Assembly: GCA_951406725.2 (NCBI GenBank)
Contig: OX597827.1
Span: 39,184,001 to 39,248,000 of the forward strand
DNA: 64,000 nt
Direction: 5' to 3'
DNA from: Octopus vulgaris
Taxonomy: Eukaryota
The translations under genes and the position numbers were made by a program. Positions 39,196 through 52,600 of the stretch are shown here, piece by piece. A model generated the notes under the pieces. It did not search any database. It worked only from the letters and a program-made list of their open reading frames with translations, and was not told the origin of the DNA. How positions within the stretch are numbered: position 1 is the stretch's first letter; every line of letters begins with the position of its first letter.

Positions 39196-40147
39196 GGAGT
39201 AATCTAATACAGGGGAATAAACTATTTTCTTTATTTACCCATATCACCCCCTTGCTAAAATCACTTCTCCCCGCTCCATTAAATTTTCCTGTCACATGAT
39301 GGGTACCAATGCCCTAAGGTATTTTTGATTGAGCCAATATATTTTTCACAGCTTTTTATCTTTGCTTTTCCTTCCAGCTAACCAAGCAACTGTGACGTAG
39401 CACTGGAAATCTATTTTTGTCTATGTGACTTCTAGACTGAAGCAAAATGCTTTTAGCCCAAGTAGCAAAGATATGTTATAACTGTGTAGATAATTGTAAC
39501 AGTCTAAACTCAAGACCATATACTTACTTTAAAACAGTGGCCAATAGTTTAAATGTTAAATAATTTGTATTCTTACAAACTATGTATTTGTTTCTTTTTT
39601 TTTTAACAGTTGATAGCCATTAATACCAAAGATAGAAAAATGAGGACAGAAAAATGACAAAAATGAGAAAAGAAGAAAAGGAAATAAAAAATATATGTAT
39701 ATTTACACATACTTATATATATATATAGTATATATATATAAGTATATATGCATGTAAGCATGTATATATGTATGTATGTAAATATATGCATGTATATATA
39801 TATACATCTACCAGTGAGAAAATGATTGCATTTGATGTAGTCTTACCTGGAGGGCAAAGGGAGCGAATAAAAAAAAAAGAAAGTGAATAAAATAAAGTGA
39901 TAAAAAAACATACACAAATATTTAAAGCGGGGAAAAATATATTAAAGAAAAACATTATTAACTTATTTTTAAATGTATATATATATAAGTTTATGTTTGT
40001 ATCTATATTTTTCATTTATTTCTTATAGGACAGACTTCTTTATTTGAAAGCAGAAAAAAATGTTTCGTATAGTTTTTAGAAAAGAGCCTTTTAAATATGT
40101 AGACCACATAATATATATGTATATGCATCTGAGTGTGTGTATGTGTG

Positions 40148-40189
<42 letters not shown>

Positions 40190-40694
40190 CACACATACAG
40201 ACAGACAGGTGAGAAAGAATTAAGTAACTTGATAGATATATAATTAGATAAACAGACAAATAAATATATGATAGATAAATAGATGGATTAACAGGCAGAT
40301 AGATAGATGCATGAGTAGATGAGTACATTTCTGACATCCACCACCTCCAAACAGAAGATAATTAACAACATACTTTATACAAAAAGTAAACCAATATGAA
40401 CCAGAAGCAAATGTCAATTAGAAACCTACAGTTGACAACTGGAAAAATATTTCAAGTTTGGTTCTTTTTTTTTTGTTAATTTTTCTAAGAAAGTTTTTCT
40501 GTTTTTTTATTTCATTTTTCAAATTTTGCGATTTTTTATATTTAAAATTTTTTAATATTTTTTATCTAATTTAAAAAATTATCAAATGTAGGTTTACAAT
40601 TTTATTTATTTTAGTTCCAAGTAATATGTAATATATAATGTGTATGTACTCATGTTTTGAGTTCTATGTTGATATTTGTATCACCAAACACACA

Positions 40695-40754
<60 letters not shown>

Positions 40755-41213
40755 CTATGTGTATGTATATACATACAAACATACGTATATGTGTATAAAG
40801 ATTTTTTTTGTTTTATCTTAAGTGATCTATGATTGTACCTGACTGTTTATCTTTTCAATACAGTTTAGTTGTCTGAAAACCTGTTTTTTTTTTACCCCAC
40901 CTAGTTAAGTTATTGATGACAAAAGATAGATAGATAGCTAGACAGATAGATAGAGAGAGAGAGATTTGAAAGACATGAGCAAATTTAATTATCATCCTTG
41001 TATGCACTCGTTTTGATATTAAGCTACTAACCAAAGACTATCCTTGGGTACAGATACAGACACATACACACATCCATGCACACAAACATGGATGTATAAA
41101 AGGCAAATGAAGGAAAAATTTTTGTAACAATAATAATAAATTTTGGTCGGCGGGTATATTTAATACCAGTATATGACTGGTATATATTTAATCATCCATG
41201 GCAGGATATTTAC

Positions 41214-41265
<52 letters not shown>

Positions 41266-41851
41266 GCTGATGCTGATGGCTTCTTTATTTACCACAAGAG
41301 CAATAAAAATAGGCAAGGCAATATATTACAAGACAATTGAAATCAATAACTGTGTAATGAAAAAAATATGGTTTGAAAACATATATATATACATATAAAT
41401 AATCCTTTCTACTATGTGTATATAAATAATAATGGTTGTTTCTAACATAGGCACAAGGTCAGAAATTTTGGGGAAGAAGAAAATCAATTCAATTGCCTCC
41501 CTCCTCCCAACGATGAAAGACTAAGTTGACCTCAGAATGTAAAAAGCTAGAACAAATGTTGAAAAGCATTTTGTTCAAACTCTAATGATTTTGCTAACCC
41601 ACCACTCTATACTAATAATAATAATAATAATAATAACAATAATAATAATAATAATAATAATAATAGTTACAAATTTTTAGTGGAAATAGTAGAATTTGTT
41701 ATATCAACCCCAGTACTTGACTGGTACTTTATTGTATTGACAATGAAAGGATGAACAGGCAAAGTTGACCTTGGTAGGATATGAAATCAAACAATAGTAG
41801 TTGTAATTATAATAATAATAATCATAATCATAATAATAATAATAATCATAA

Positions 41852-42065
41852 TCCTTTCTACTGGAAGCACAAGGCTTCAAATTTAGGGGAAGGGATTAAG
41901 TCGATTACATCAACCCCAGTGTGTAACTGGTACTAATTTTATCAACCCCAAAAGGATGAAAGGCAAAGTCGACCTTGGCGGAATTTTGAAGTCAGAACGT
42001 AACGGCAGACGAAATACTACTAAGCATTTCACCTGGTGTGCTAACAATTCTGTCAGCTTGCCGCC
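41852..42065 (-). mobile_element. tRNA-SINE, second family, inserted in (AAT)n
   Basis: Minus strand ggcggcaagctgacagaattgttagc...gactttgcctttcatccttttggggttgataaa; flanked by AAT runs. Confidence 0.8.
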
Positions 42066-42485
42066 TTAATAATAATAATAATGATTTATTAATTAGGTGC
42101 AAGAATCCTTTGTCTTTTTTGCAGGAAGCTTGCAAGAAGTTAAGTAAGAGTCAGGGCCTTGTTGAAGGACAAGGCATAGAATTATTTGATTGTAGTGATA
42201 CCTAAGTTGTAAACATCAGTTTTTGAACCACTTAGCTCTTGCACATTATCAGTACAACAACAACAAACAATTGTAAAAATAATAATGACAATAATTTCCT
42301 TATTAGAAATAGGTGTGTGTGTGATGATTTTTATGGTAAATATCCTTATAGCTACTGAAGAGTTGTGGGAGGAATAGGTGTTCTTCAAGCCATACTTCTG
42401 TGCACTTTTATTGTTCATTATTAGTAGCTTTACACCTATTGTATTGAAGTAGTAGTAGTTATAGTAACAGTAGTAGTAGTAGGGG

Positions 42486-42690
42486 CATGTCACAACAAGA
42501 TATGACCAGGTATATGTCACAATGGAATATGACCAGGCACATGTCACAATTAGATATCACCAGTTACACATCACAATGAGATATGACCAGTCATGTGTCA
42601 CACCGAGATATGACCAGGTACATGTCATAAGGACATATGACCATTTGCCATGTCACACTACAAAATATGACTGGTATTATATCAAAATGT
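42486..42690. repeat. 27-bp minisatellite, about 7 copies
   Basis: Consensus approximately catgtcacaatgagatatgaccaggta. Confidence 0.85.
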
Positions 42691-43665
42691 GACTTGCTTT
42701 TTTTTTATTTAATTTTTTTCTCCATATTTTTTTCTGATTAATTTTATAATAATAAATAACTACTAAGTAAAAACACCACACCCATAATGAACCAAAGAAA
42801 GAAAATAAAAAAATAGAAATTTACCCCAATTCTTCCAAAAATGCAAATAAAGAGCTTAAAGAAAAAGGGTTATCTTCAAATTATATATAATCATATATAA
42901 CCTATATTCAACTAGTAACAACATTATTATTAAATTACAATATTTATATTGTCAATTATCATTATTAAACTACTTATATGTACTCTAATCAAAACTATTA
43001 TTATTATTGAAAGTAAAATTAGTAGTAGTAGTAGTAACAGTAGTAGTACTTTGCACAAGATTAGTTTCTACCTTGAATAGGCAGGAAGTATAGTTTATTG
43101 AATTAAACCTCTTGGTATATAACTGGTATAATTAATAAAATGACTTTGTGTTCTTCCACATTTTGAGAAATGTAAGAAGAAAAAAAAGTCAAATTATGGC
43201 AGGATTCGAACCTAGTGCATTGAAGATGGAAACTAAATACTGCAGGTCATTTAGTCCGGTGCGCTACATTTTTAGAACCTATTCAGCTCCCCCTCCCCTC
43301 CCACCCTATTGCAGGATGTTTCCATTATTAATAGCATGATAAAGGAAGAATTAGGACTTCTCAAAGTTATGTATGAAAGCAACGCTAGATTTGTTTGTGT
43401 ATGTATAGTTACTTGTGTATATATGTGTGTGTGTATTTTCATGTGGTTGGATGCGTAAGTTATCTTATACAGGCGGGATTTTGTTAATCTATTAAGACAT
43501 ATATATATATGTGTGTATATATATGTGCGTGTATATATATATATATATATACACACAGGTATATATGTATATATGCATATATATATATACATATACATTT
43601 ATATATATGTAATATATAATATATACATATATATATATGTATATATACATAAAAATCAAATTAAA

Positions 43666-46600
43666 TTAAGAGACCGCAATAATATTCTTTTTTCTTCTTT
43701 TTCTTACACGTGTACCAGTTGATATATATGCTAGGTTAATTTTACTGATGCGGTGTATATTACTCAGTGATCGTCCCCTTCTGGTTGAGTCTGAATCATT
43801 CCTGTCTGAGAGCATCTCCTGTTCAGAAAGCCACAATAATTCTTTTACTGGTGACCTCCGGCAGCGTGACCTCGATCGTGGATTGTTGAAGGAGTCAGCT
43901 GATAAATAGGGAGATGTTGGTGTACCTGCTCTCTTTGTTGGTGGTGTTGAGTTCGCACGAGGTAGTGGCAGTGGAGGTGCACTCGTATCCTCAGAAACAA
44001 CGATTTTAGGCCGTGGAGGAATTTTGGTCTTTTGATGGCTACTGTTCTCACGAGATGATTTATTGGAGTGCAACCACAGAGCCGTGTCTATCTCGCACGA
44101 ACTCTCAGTTGCAGTAGACAACTGTGACAAATTATGGTGCTTCTTCTTTTTCCTCTGCCTCTTCTTTCGCTTTGTCAGTGGTGTGGTATCTGAGAAAGCT
44201 GCTTCCTCTTCAGTTAGATGATGTATCAATGGCAGGTATGTATGCTGCCTATAAGGGGATTCAATTTTTATTAGACTGACTGGAATGTTCTTTGAGTCCC
44301 TTGAATGTTTGCTCTTCTGTTTCTTTTTAGACAACAGCGGCGAAGCTTTGCTAGAAGAGTTCCCTTTCTGAGATTTCTGTTTGGAATTTGGATTAGCTTC
44401 ACCTACTTTCCGCATGGATTTCTCGGACAGGGAACTGTCCAAGACTTTCTTATTGGACTTGTTCTTTGAATCTGAATTTGAAGATTCAGTTCTTTCCTTG
44501 AATGATCTTTTGTCCTCTGTTTCTTTGAGTTCAGGGATTGTAAGTGATGACTGCTTTAATTTCTTCTTTTTGTGTGTTGAGAGTTCTTCCAGTGAATCTG
44601 TTACTTGTTTGGTAATTGATGTCACTAAAGAAGATATTTTATCAACAACAGACTTAGCAACTTTTCCAGTTGATGATTCCTCTTTCTCTTTATTTTCTTT
44701 GTTTGGACATTTTGAGTCAGTTTCAGATGGAATTTTTGAAATTGGAGGTGCTATTGACATATGTGTCGTTTTCTCTTCAACAGGTTCCAACTTCACTAAT
44801 TTCTCAGTTTCAGCAATGAATTTCTTCTGAGAATGTTCACTGCTTGTTATGGATGAAGAATCTGTTGAGATGTTCTTAGATTCTTTGCTTGGACACAATT
44901 CACTGGAATTTTCCTTTGTAGAGACTTCTTTGTGTTTTGTCTTTTTCTTTGACAACTTTAATATACTAGAATTATTCTCATTAGTCTTTGAGTCCTCAGA
45001 GCTTTCTTCGTTTGACGTACTAGATTTCTTTTTCCGGATTGGAGAGTCTTCAAGAACAGCTTGGGCTTTCTTAGAAATTGCTGAAGAAACTTTCGACAAA
45101 GTTTGGCTAACCTTGTTCTCTGTCTTGGAAACACCTTTCTTTATTTCTACTGTATTATTATCTTCCACTACAGAAATCTTGGCTGATGTTTCAACTGAAG
45201 AACTTTCAGGAGGAACTGGAATGACTTTACCACTTTCAGAGAATTTTACTTGTGATGTCTTCTTTTGTTTCTTCTTCTTTTTTGTGTCCTCTGGTGTTGT
45301 CATAACCTGACTATATTTTAGTTCTTCACTATTGGAAAAGCTCTGATTACTAATTGTGAGATCTGGAGTTTCTGCCACTTTTAATTCTGATGTCATTTCT
45401 GGTGAGTCAACATATAAAGGACCTGTTTTTGTTGCCTTACTGGGAGTAGATTGGAAATATTCTTCAATTCCTTTCGATAATATTGATTTCTCATCATCAC
45501 CATAAGGGAAAGGTGAACGCCTTTTCTTCTTGGTTTCCAAAGAAGTTATTTTTGTATTGGAAGTGCTAGAGTTTTCATTGTCCTTGCTTACAATGTTTGT
45601 TTCATCAAGAATTTCAGACTGAACATTTTCATTTGATTCAGAAATATTAACAAAAGATTTCTTATCAGATTTCTCAGCCAGTCTGAAATCAGCATCTTTG
45701 AAATCCTCAGAAAATAACAGATGTTTGTCACTACCTGTTCCTTCTGGGGGAGAGCTGATGGATTTTGAAACATGCTTATCCAGCATTGGTTTTCTAGAAA
45801 GTTCAAGTTCTGAATCACTTTCATCTAAATCCTCCTTAACAATAGCTGATAAATGTGGTTTCTCTTGTGCAAAGGCCAAATTATTCCCATCTTCAGTTCT
45901 GGATAGTTGCTCTACTTTTGCTTGTTTATTTTCTTTCTGAGCAGTCTTGTGAATGTTCTCGACAATCATTTCTCCTTTAACATCTTCCAGCATACTAGCT
46001 TGATGAGTAGTCACATCAATTTCAGTTTCAGATGGGAGCAGACTGTACACACACTCATCTGTTCTTTCTTCATTGCTCTCCACAACAAACTCTTTCTGAA
46101 GTTCTTCCTCTGAAGATAACTGTCTGTCAGTTTTAGGATAGTCATCTTGAGATTTGGTAGCTTCTGAATCTTTCAATTCTTTCACCAGTGGAATCTGACC
46201 ATCTCCCTCCTGACTTTTGAAGGCTCCATCTTTACAAAGAGTGTCTGGTGTTTTTTCTTTAGAAAATGATTCTTTATCTTTCTTGGAAGACTGGTTAGAC
46301 TTCTTCTGTTCTGATGTTGTTTCATTTTCATCTTTTAAAGATGACTTCTTTTTCTTTTTCTTCTTTTTCTTTGGATGGATGTCTTTCTCAGTCTCTTCTT
46401 CAGGAGAACATTTTGTGCACGTAACATCCGTAGGTTCATGTGTGGAAACATGATCTTTAATCTCGGGAGTTGCTTCCTTCACTTGATTCTCATTAGGGGC
46501 ACCATCGATGTCTTTATCAATTATTGTTTCGGGGCAAGATTTGCTCTCTGCCGACTTCAAAGAAGTAGTGTCAGTGCAAGATGAAACAGTTTCTGCAAGT

Positions 46601-49600
46601 GCAGGAAGTATATGTTGGCTGACATCAGGATCACTTATCATAGGTTCTATAAAATCAGATGAATTGATTGAGTCATCACCATAGCCATATAAATATGGGG
46701 ATCGCCTTTTCTTTCGTTTCTTCTTTGGCTTTTCTTCCTCAGGTGCAATTATACTTACATCGCTTGCAGCCACAGTTGACTGAACAGGGAAGGTAGGACT
46801 AGCAGTAATGGTGGATTCTCCACATTTAACTTCTAACTGCTTTTGCTCCACTTCTGTAATATCTGTTTTCAGTTCTATTTGCTCTGGAGATGATTTGCTA
46901 AATGTCTCTGATTCCATTTGAGCTGGACTACTGTCCTTTATCTCCATCTGAGTTGTACTTTCCTCTGTCTTTGACAGAGCTGTATCTTCCGTTGCCTTCA
47001 ACAGGCATGTACTTTCCTTTATTTCCTGTTGATCTGGACTGTCCTCTGTTTTCAACAGACATGACCTATGCTCTATTTCTAGCTGAGTTGCATTGTCCCA
47101 TTCAGCAGTTAAATTAACATTGGATGACTCTGTAAATGTTTCCTGAACATCTGAAATCTCAACATGTTTAACAAGATCCACATTTTTACTCTGCTCTTCC
47201 TTTTTCTCTGACTGGTCAACAGATGAATGTTCAATGACTCCTATGTCTGTTTGTTCTTTGAGAAGCTGGCAATAAGGCTCAGTGTCAGCTATATTCACAA
47301 AAGCTTCAGGTTGTTGGACAGAAGCCGAATCAAAGCCAACTTCTTCTGAATACTTAATGTTGAGTGTGTTGTCATTCAATGGTTCACTGGTAATTTCACT
47401 GACTTCGCATTCTATACTTGAGATCTCAGTTTCATGAGTAAGCATTTCTTTACATGGACTGACAACTAATTTATTTACAACTTGCTCAATTTCTTCTATA
47501 TTAGCATTTTCTTTGATGACACTTGGAGTAAATTCAGAGTCTAGTAATTCAGTTGAAGACTCCTGTTCAGTAATTGCATCGACAAAGTGAGCGTCATGTG
47601 ACAAATGAGATTCTTCTGTTACTGAATTGATTTTATTCTGTGTTTTTAAAGTATCTTCAGATATTTCAAATTTGTCTTCAACTGCTAAGCTAGTTGGTGG
47701 TAATTCTTTCAAAGATTCTTCTATTTCTAGTTCAGCCAATGATTGTATTTCCATTTGGTTTTTAGTTACAGCACTGTCATTTTGATCCAATGAAGCTATA
47801 TTTGGATCCATACCTGAAGAATCAAACTCAGATTCCTTGGATAATTCTGCTGTTGTTTCAACAAACTGCATCAGCATTTCATTATCAAGAGCAAAGAATC
47901 TTGGTTTTTTCTTCTGTTTCTTTTTCTTTTTGTTCTTGATGCCAGTATTCTTTGTGTCAGCATCAGTCTCTTTCAAGAACTGGTCTTTCTCCGTACTGTA
48001 ATCTCTACAGATGTCTGTCTCTTGTCTTTGATTTTCATCAAATGTTGCCAAATGTTTGTCTGAAAGAATAATTTTATGTTCTTCTTGACTTCTTAGTTCT
48101 TCTGGGAATTCAGTCACAACATAACTTGATTCATTTCCAAAACATTCTTTATAAAATTGTTCCGATGATGGCTGAATGTTTTCAAGAGGTTTTTGTTGCT
48201 CCAGCTCTGCCTCATTACTTGCTGGTGAAAACTTGCCAATATCTGTTTCTGAGAATTCAGCATTAAAAATGTCCTCTGGCTTTTTTGTTGATGTTTCTTC
48301 AGTAAAGTTAGATTTAACTTCATCAAAAGTAACTGGCATAATTTCCTCTTCAGAATGGTCTTTATCAGGCACTGATTTCTCAGCCAAAGAATTTTCAGGA
48401 ATACTTACGCTACTTTCTTCAAAAGAGCTAGCTGAGGTAAATTCAAATTCTTTTCCTACTGATTCCAAAACACTGACATTATCTAACTCCTTAGCTTGTG
48501 GTTCACTCAATTCTTCATGTTGGGTGGCATTCAACTCGTTAGTTTCACACAATTCTCTATTTAATAACTTCATCTGGAAAATATCAACATCTGAACTTAC
48601 AGTCTCTTTAGAAGTTTCGCAATCAGCCCCATCATGTAATGAGGAACTAGATTCAGCTAGACTGGTGTTAACTGGAAGACTGTAGCTCAATGGTTTATCA
48701 ATCTGTTGACGCATAGTTCCAAAGAAAACTTCTTTTCTATCAACAAATTCTGAAACATCATCAGACATTTTGTCATTAGGACCTTCTGTGTGATCTTCAA
48801 CAATTTCTATAATGGAACTCTCCTCAGAGATTTCTTCTGTAGCTTGAGAACTGAGATATTCAGAATGTTCTGGAAAATTGTCAACATGGACATGTTTCCC
48901 ATCAGCCGAATCAGGAACAGTAGCAATAATCTCTTTAGATAGATTTGCTTCAGTTAATGCTGCTTTATCTGTCTCACTTATAACATCTTCAGATTTCATA
49001 CTAACATCATCAGACTGGGTTTGCAAGTTGGTCTCTTCTGATGAAATGTTTGCTGATGGAAGCTCAGTACATTTATTGCTTACATCATTTTCTCCACCGA
49101 ATTCCAGAATAAGATGTTGATTTGATGGATAATCCCCATCAGAATCAGACGAGGATGTTTCCTGAGAAGACTCTGAATGATCTTCTGGTGATTTTGGTCG
49201 CTTTGAAACATAGTTCTGTGACAGTTCATTAGAAATCTCTGAACTATCAACTGAAAGCAGAGATGACAAGTCAATAGCGAGTTGTTCTGATGTTTGTGTG
49301 AGTTCTTGTGATTCCCTGCGAAGTTTTTCCATATCTGTTGAATCCAGCACATCAGTTGGCTTTTCAGTGTCATCATCGATGATGTTGCTATCATTATCAG
49401 CTATTTCATGAGCATTTTCTGCCTTACTACTAATGATATCAGATGACAAGAGCATTTCAGAATAAGTAAGTAGCATGGTTTTTTCAGGATCAGTAGATTT
49501 AGTTTGCCAATAAGGTTCTGCTTGAGATGGATAATTCATCAGACTGGGATAATTACTGGTACCATATCGGAATTCATTTTCCTTGCTGAAAGAGTAACAA

Positions 49601-52600
49601 TCAGTTTGGTAACCTGACTTTGAATATTGTGTAACAGATCCTTTTTGATTTACTTTCTGAAGCATATCTTGAATTTGTTCTTCAGTAAAGTATGACATTC
49701 TGTCATTCCTTCTTTCATCTGCTGTGAAGTCAATGACAATAGAATCTCTACGATCGTTGCCCTTATCACTTAGTTTCTCCTCATGAGTATTTTTTACAAT
49801 GATAGTTGTCTCCTCTTCAACTGATTCTTTTCTTTTTGATTCAAAGTTGTCTGAAGTGGTTGTATGTTCAGAAGGAGATTTTGCTATTGTGCATAAAACT
49901 TCTTCAGGAGAGTTTGCTAATGTCACACTAGATTTTACAGTTTTCTTTGATGGTGAACTTTCATCAAGGAGATTTGTTTCCTTGGGTTCAGCAATATTCA
50001 TGTTTACTTCAGTTGAGAAAGTTCCGTACCTCTTTGGTATGACAAATATGTTATGGTAGTTTTTCATGTCATAGTCAGGTACAAAGGTGTGCAATGTGCA
50101 ACGGAAGCCTTCATATGAAGATGTTGATGAGCAATCAGATTCCATTGAGGATAAGCGTTTCAGCAGTTCACTGTGAGTTTCTATTGGAAATCCTGATTCA
50201 CTAAGTCGGTGATGTTTCAATGCCATTTTGCATTCCTCATTATCCAATTGACTCTCTTCAACATCTTTACTCATTTCCTCCTCTGAAGACTCAGAATAAT
50301 TAGGTACATTAATAAACAAGGCATTTGAATAATTACGATGTGGGGACTTTCTACGCCACCTTCGAGCAATTCTGTCTCCAGGAGACAGCTTTGATTTTGA
50401 TCGTTTTGAACGTGATGTTAAACCATCCCTTTTAGCACTTGAGCGCTGATTTTGCGATTTAGTTGTATCAGAAACGCCAGTGTTTGGTAGTTGTAATTCC
50501 AGTGTGCTTGTAAACCTACAGTTTTCATTTTCCTTGGTTCTATTAATGGAACTTTCTGAACTATCTAGATGTTCATCGCTGACATGGAGTTCTTCAGTAA
50601 TTGGCAATTCAACCATCAGGACATTAGCAAAGATTTCTTCATTTTCATTGGCTGAAGACTTTGACAGAACTTCTGTTGATTGGTCTGTTTCTCGATGCTG
50701 ATCTGTAGAGAGTTCAGAAAACTCACTGGACTTAAGATTGTCTACATGTTGATTATCTTGGTGTTTTATGTTTTTATCACAAGTGGATTCTATACTAGTG
50801 ACAAATTTAGAGCTTTGAAGATTTCCCTGTGTATCAAGATTATCTTTGTCCTTGTTTTTTCCCATTTTTTCAATGAAGTACAGAGTCTCCAATTTCAGCA
50901 TTAACTGTGTGTCTGGAATGTCTTCAGCATAGTTGGAGTAAAGTGAAGCAACATTTTGTAATTTCTGCTCCATTTGTTCAGTTACCTCAAGATTTACATA
51001 TTTTGTTTCTGTTTCACTAGGTACAACTAATTCATCAGAGTAAGTTTCTTGGTTGTCCATCACTTCTGTGGATCCCATGGTATCTTGAACTTCTGTAAGA
51101 CTTGCATCCTGGGGAATGATGGCATTGATGTCTTTTGTTACTTTGCCTTCCATGTTTTCATTTGAGTGGACCATTCCTTGAATGATTTCTGTAATTTTTT
51201 GAGAGATTTTAGTTCCTTCAGCTTTGACATCTTGCTCAGAAAGGTTTGCCTTTTCTGTTCGTTTGGTTCCTTCTGATGCCATAGCTACAATTTCACTGAG
51301 AAGCAAAGATATCTCTTCTTCTATTATATGTTTGCGCTGAAGAGCTTCTGCCTTTTCCTGTTCAACTTTATTTAAAGTTTTTGTAGTCTCATCTGTTGGT
51401 AAAACTAGAGTAATGGATTCATTCACTTCAGACTGAGTGTCATATGTGTATGGAATATCAACTTTCACATGTGGTTCATCTTCAAAAAATATATCCTTAG
51501 CATCAAGATATTCATCATCAGAGTTGGACATAAGTGGCGTATTTTCACTGTCAGACACGCATGTTGAACTCATGTAGCCAGGAGTTGCTGTGAACATTGT
51601 TCCAGTTGAACTCGCCCAAGAGTCAAGACTACCAGAGAAAAATTCAGGCTGGTCTCGATAACAATAGCTTTTATTTTGCTGAGATAGGTTATTAGCAATT
51701 TGTTCTCGCAGTTCCCAGTTAAAATCTTCTCTGTGATCAATGCTGTAATCAATATCTGATGCTGTTTCCTTGAGTTGCTCAAAAGACAGCGGAGAGGTGG
51801 ATGTTTCTCTGGAAGATGGCTCACTGTGAAGACTACCTTTGGAGAAATCGTCCATCCTGGAATTGAGTCGAAGCTTAACGCTTTCCACATCTTCCAGTGG
51901 ATACTTTTCTATTTCTGCATATTCACTGTCTTTTTGATGGGAAGTAAAATACATATTCCAAACTTCATTATCATCAGTATTTACAGCTTTTGTAACTAAA
52001 GATTTTTTCCCCGCAAAACCATGGCTCAGTTGGGTTAAATGGCAGTCTTTGTCAGCTGAAAATTGTAAAGGTGGTGAATAATTCTCTTCATTTTCACTAT
52101 CACTAATTGAATCATATTCAAGTATTTCATGATATTCTACTGAAGAGTCCCTAGGTACATTATCTTCACAGTCACTAACCTCTTCAAGAGCTGCATGTTT
52201 TATGCTATGTTCTTTTCCTCCAGATGTAGAAAACTCTTTGGTTTCCACATCACCAGATATTTGGTTTTCAGTACTGAGAATATCAGCATCTTCAAGAGGA
52301 TCAGACACAGTATCTTGCCAAGATTCCAAGAAAGTCTGCACAGGTTCTTCCACTTTTGTTCTTACCTGAACTAAAGAGGGGTCTTTCTCTTCCCAATCAT
52401 TATCCTCTTCAAGAGCTGAATATTGCAAGTTGTCATCTGATGGTTCGATTCTGATTGATGTTACATCATCACCAACACTCTCTCGAACAATAGTCTCAGA
52501 AGTAGATATACATTCCAATTTATTTGTAGCAATATCTTTAGTATCAACATCTTGGTGTTTGGTTTTTACATCATCAGATATTTGGTCTTCAGTACTGAGT

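Noticed and set aside
42182-42547. 121-aa minus-strand ORF downstream of the giant exon
   Set aside because: Built from the minisatellite and a (TAG)n run, with no convincing splice sites or homology.
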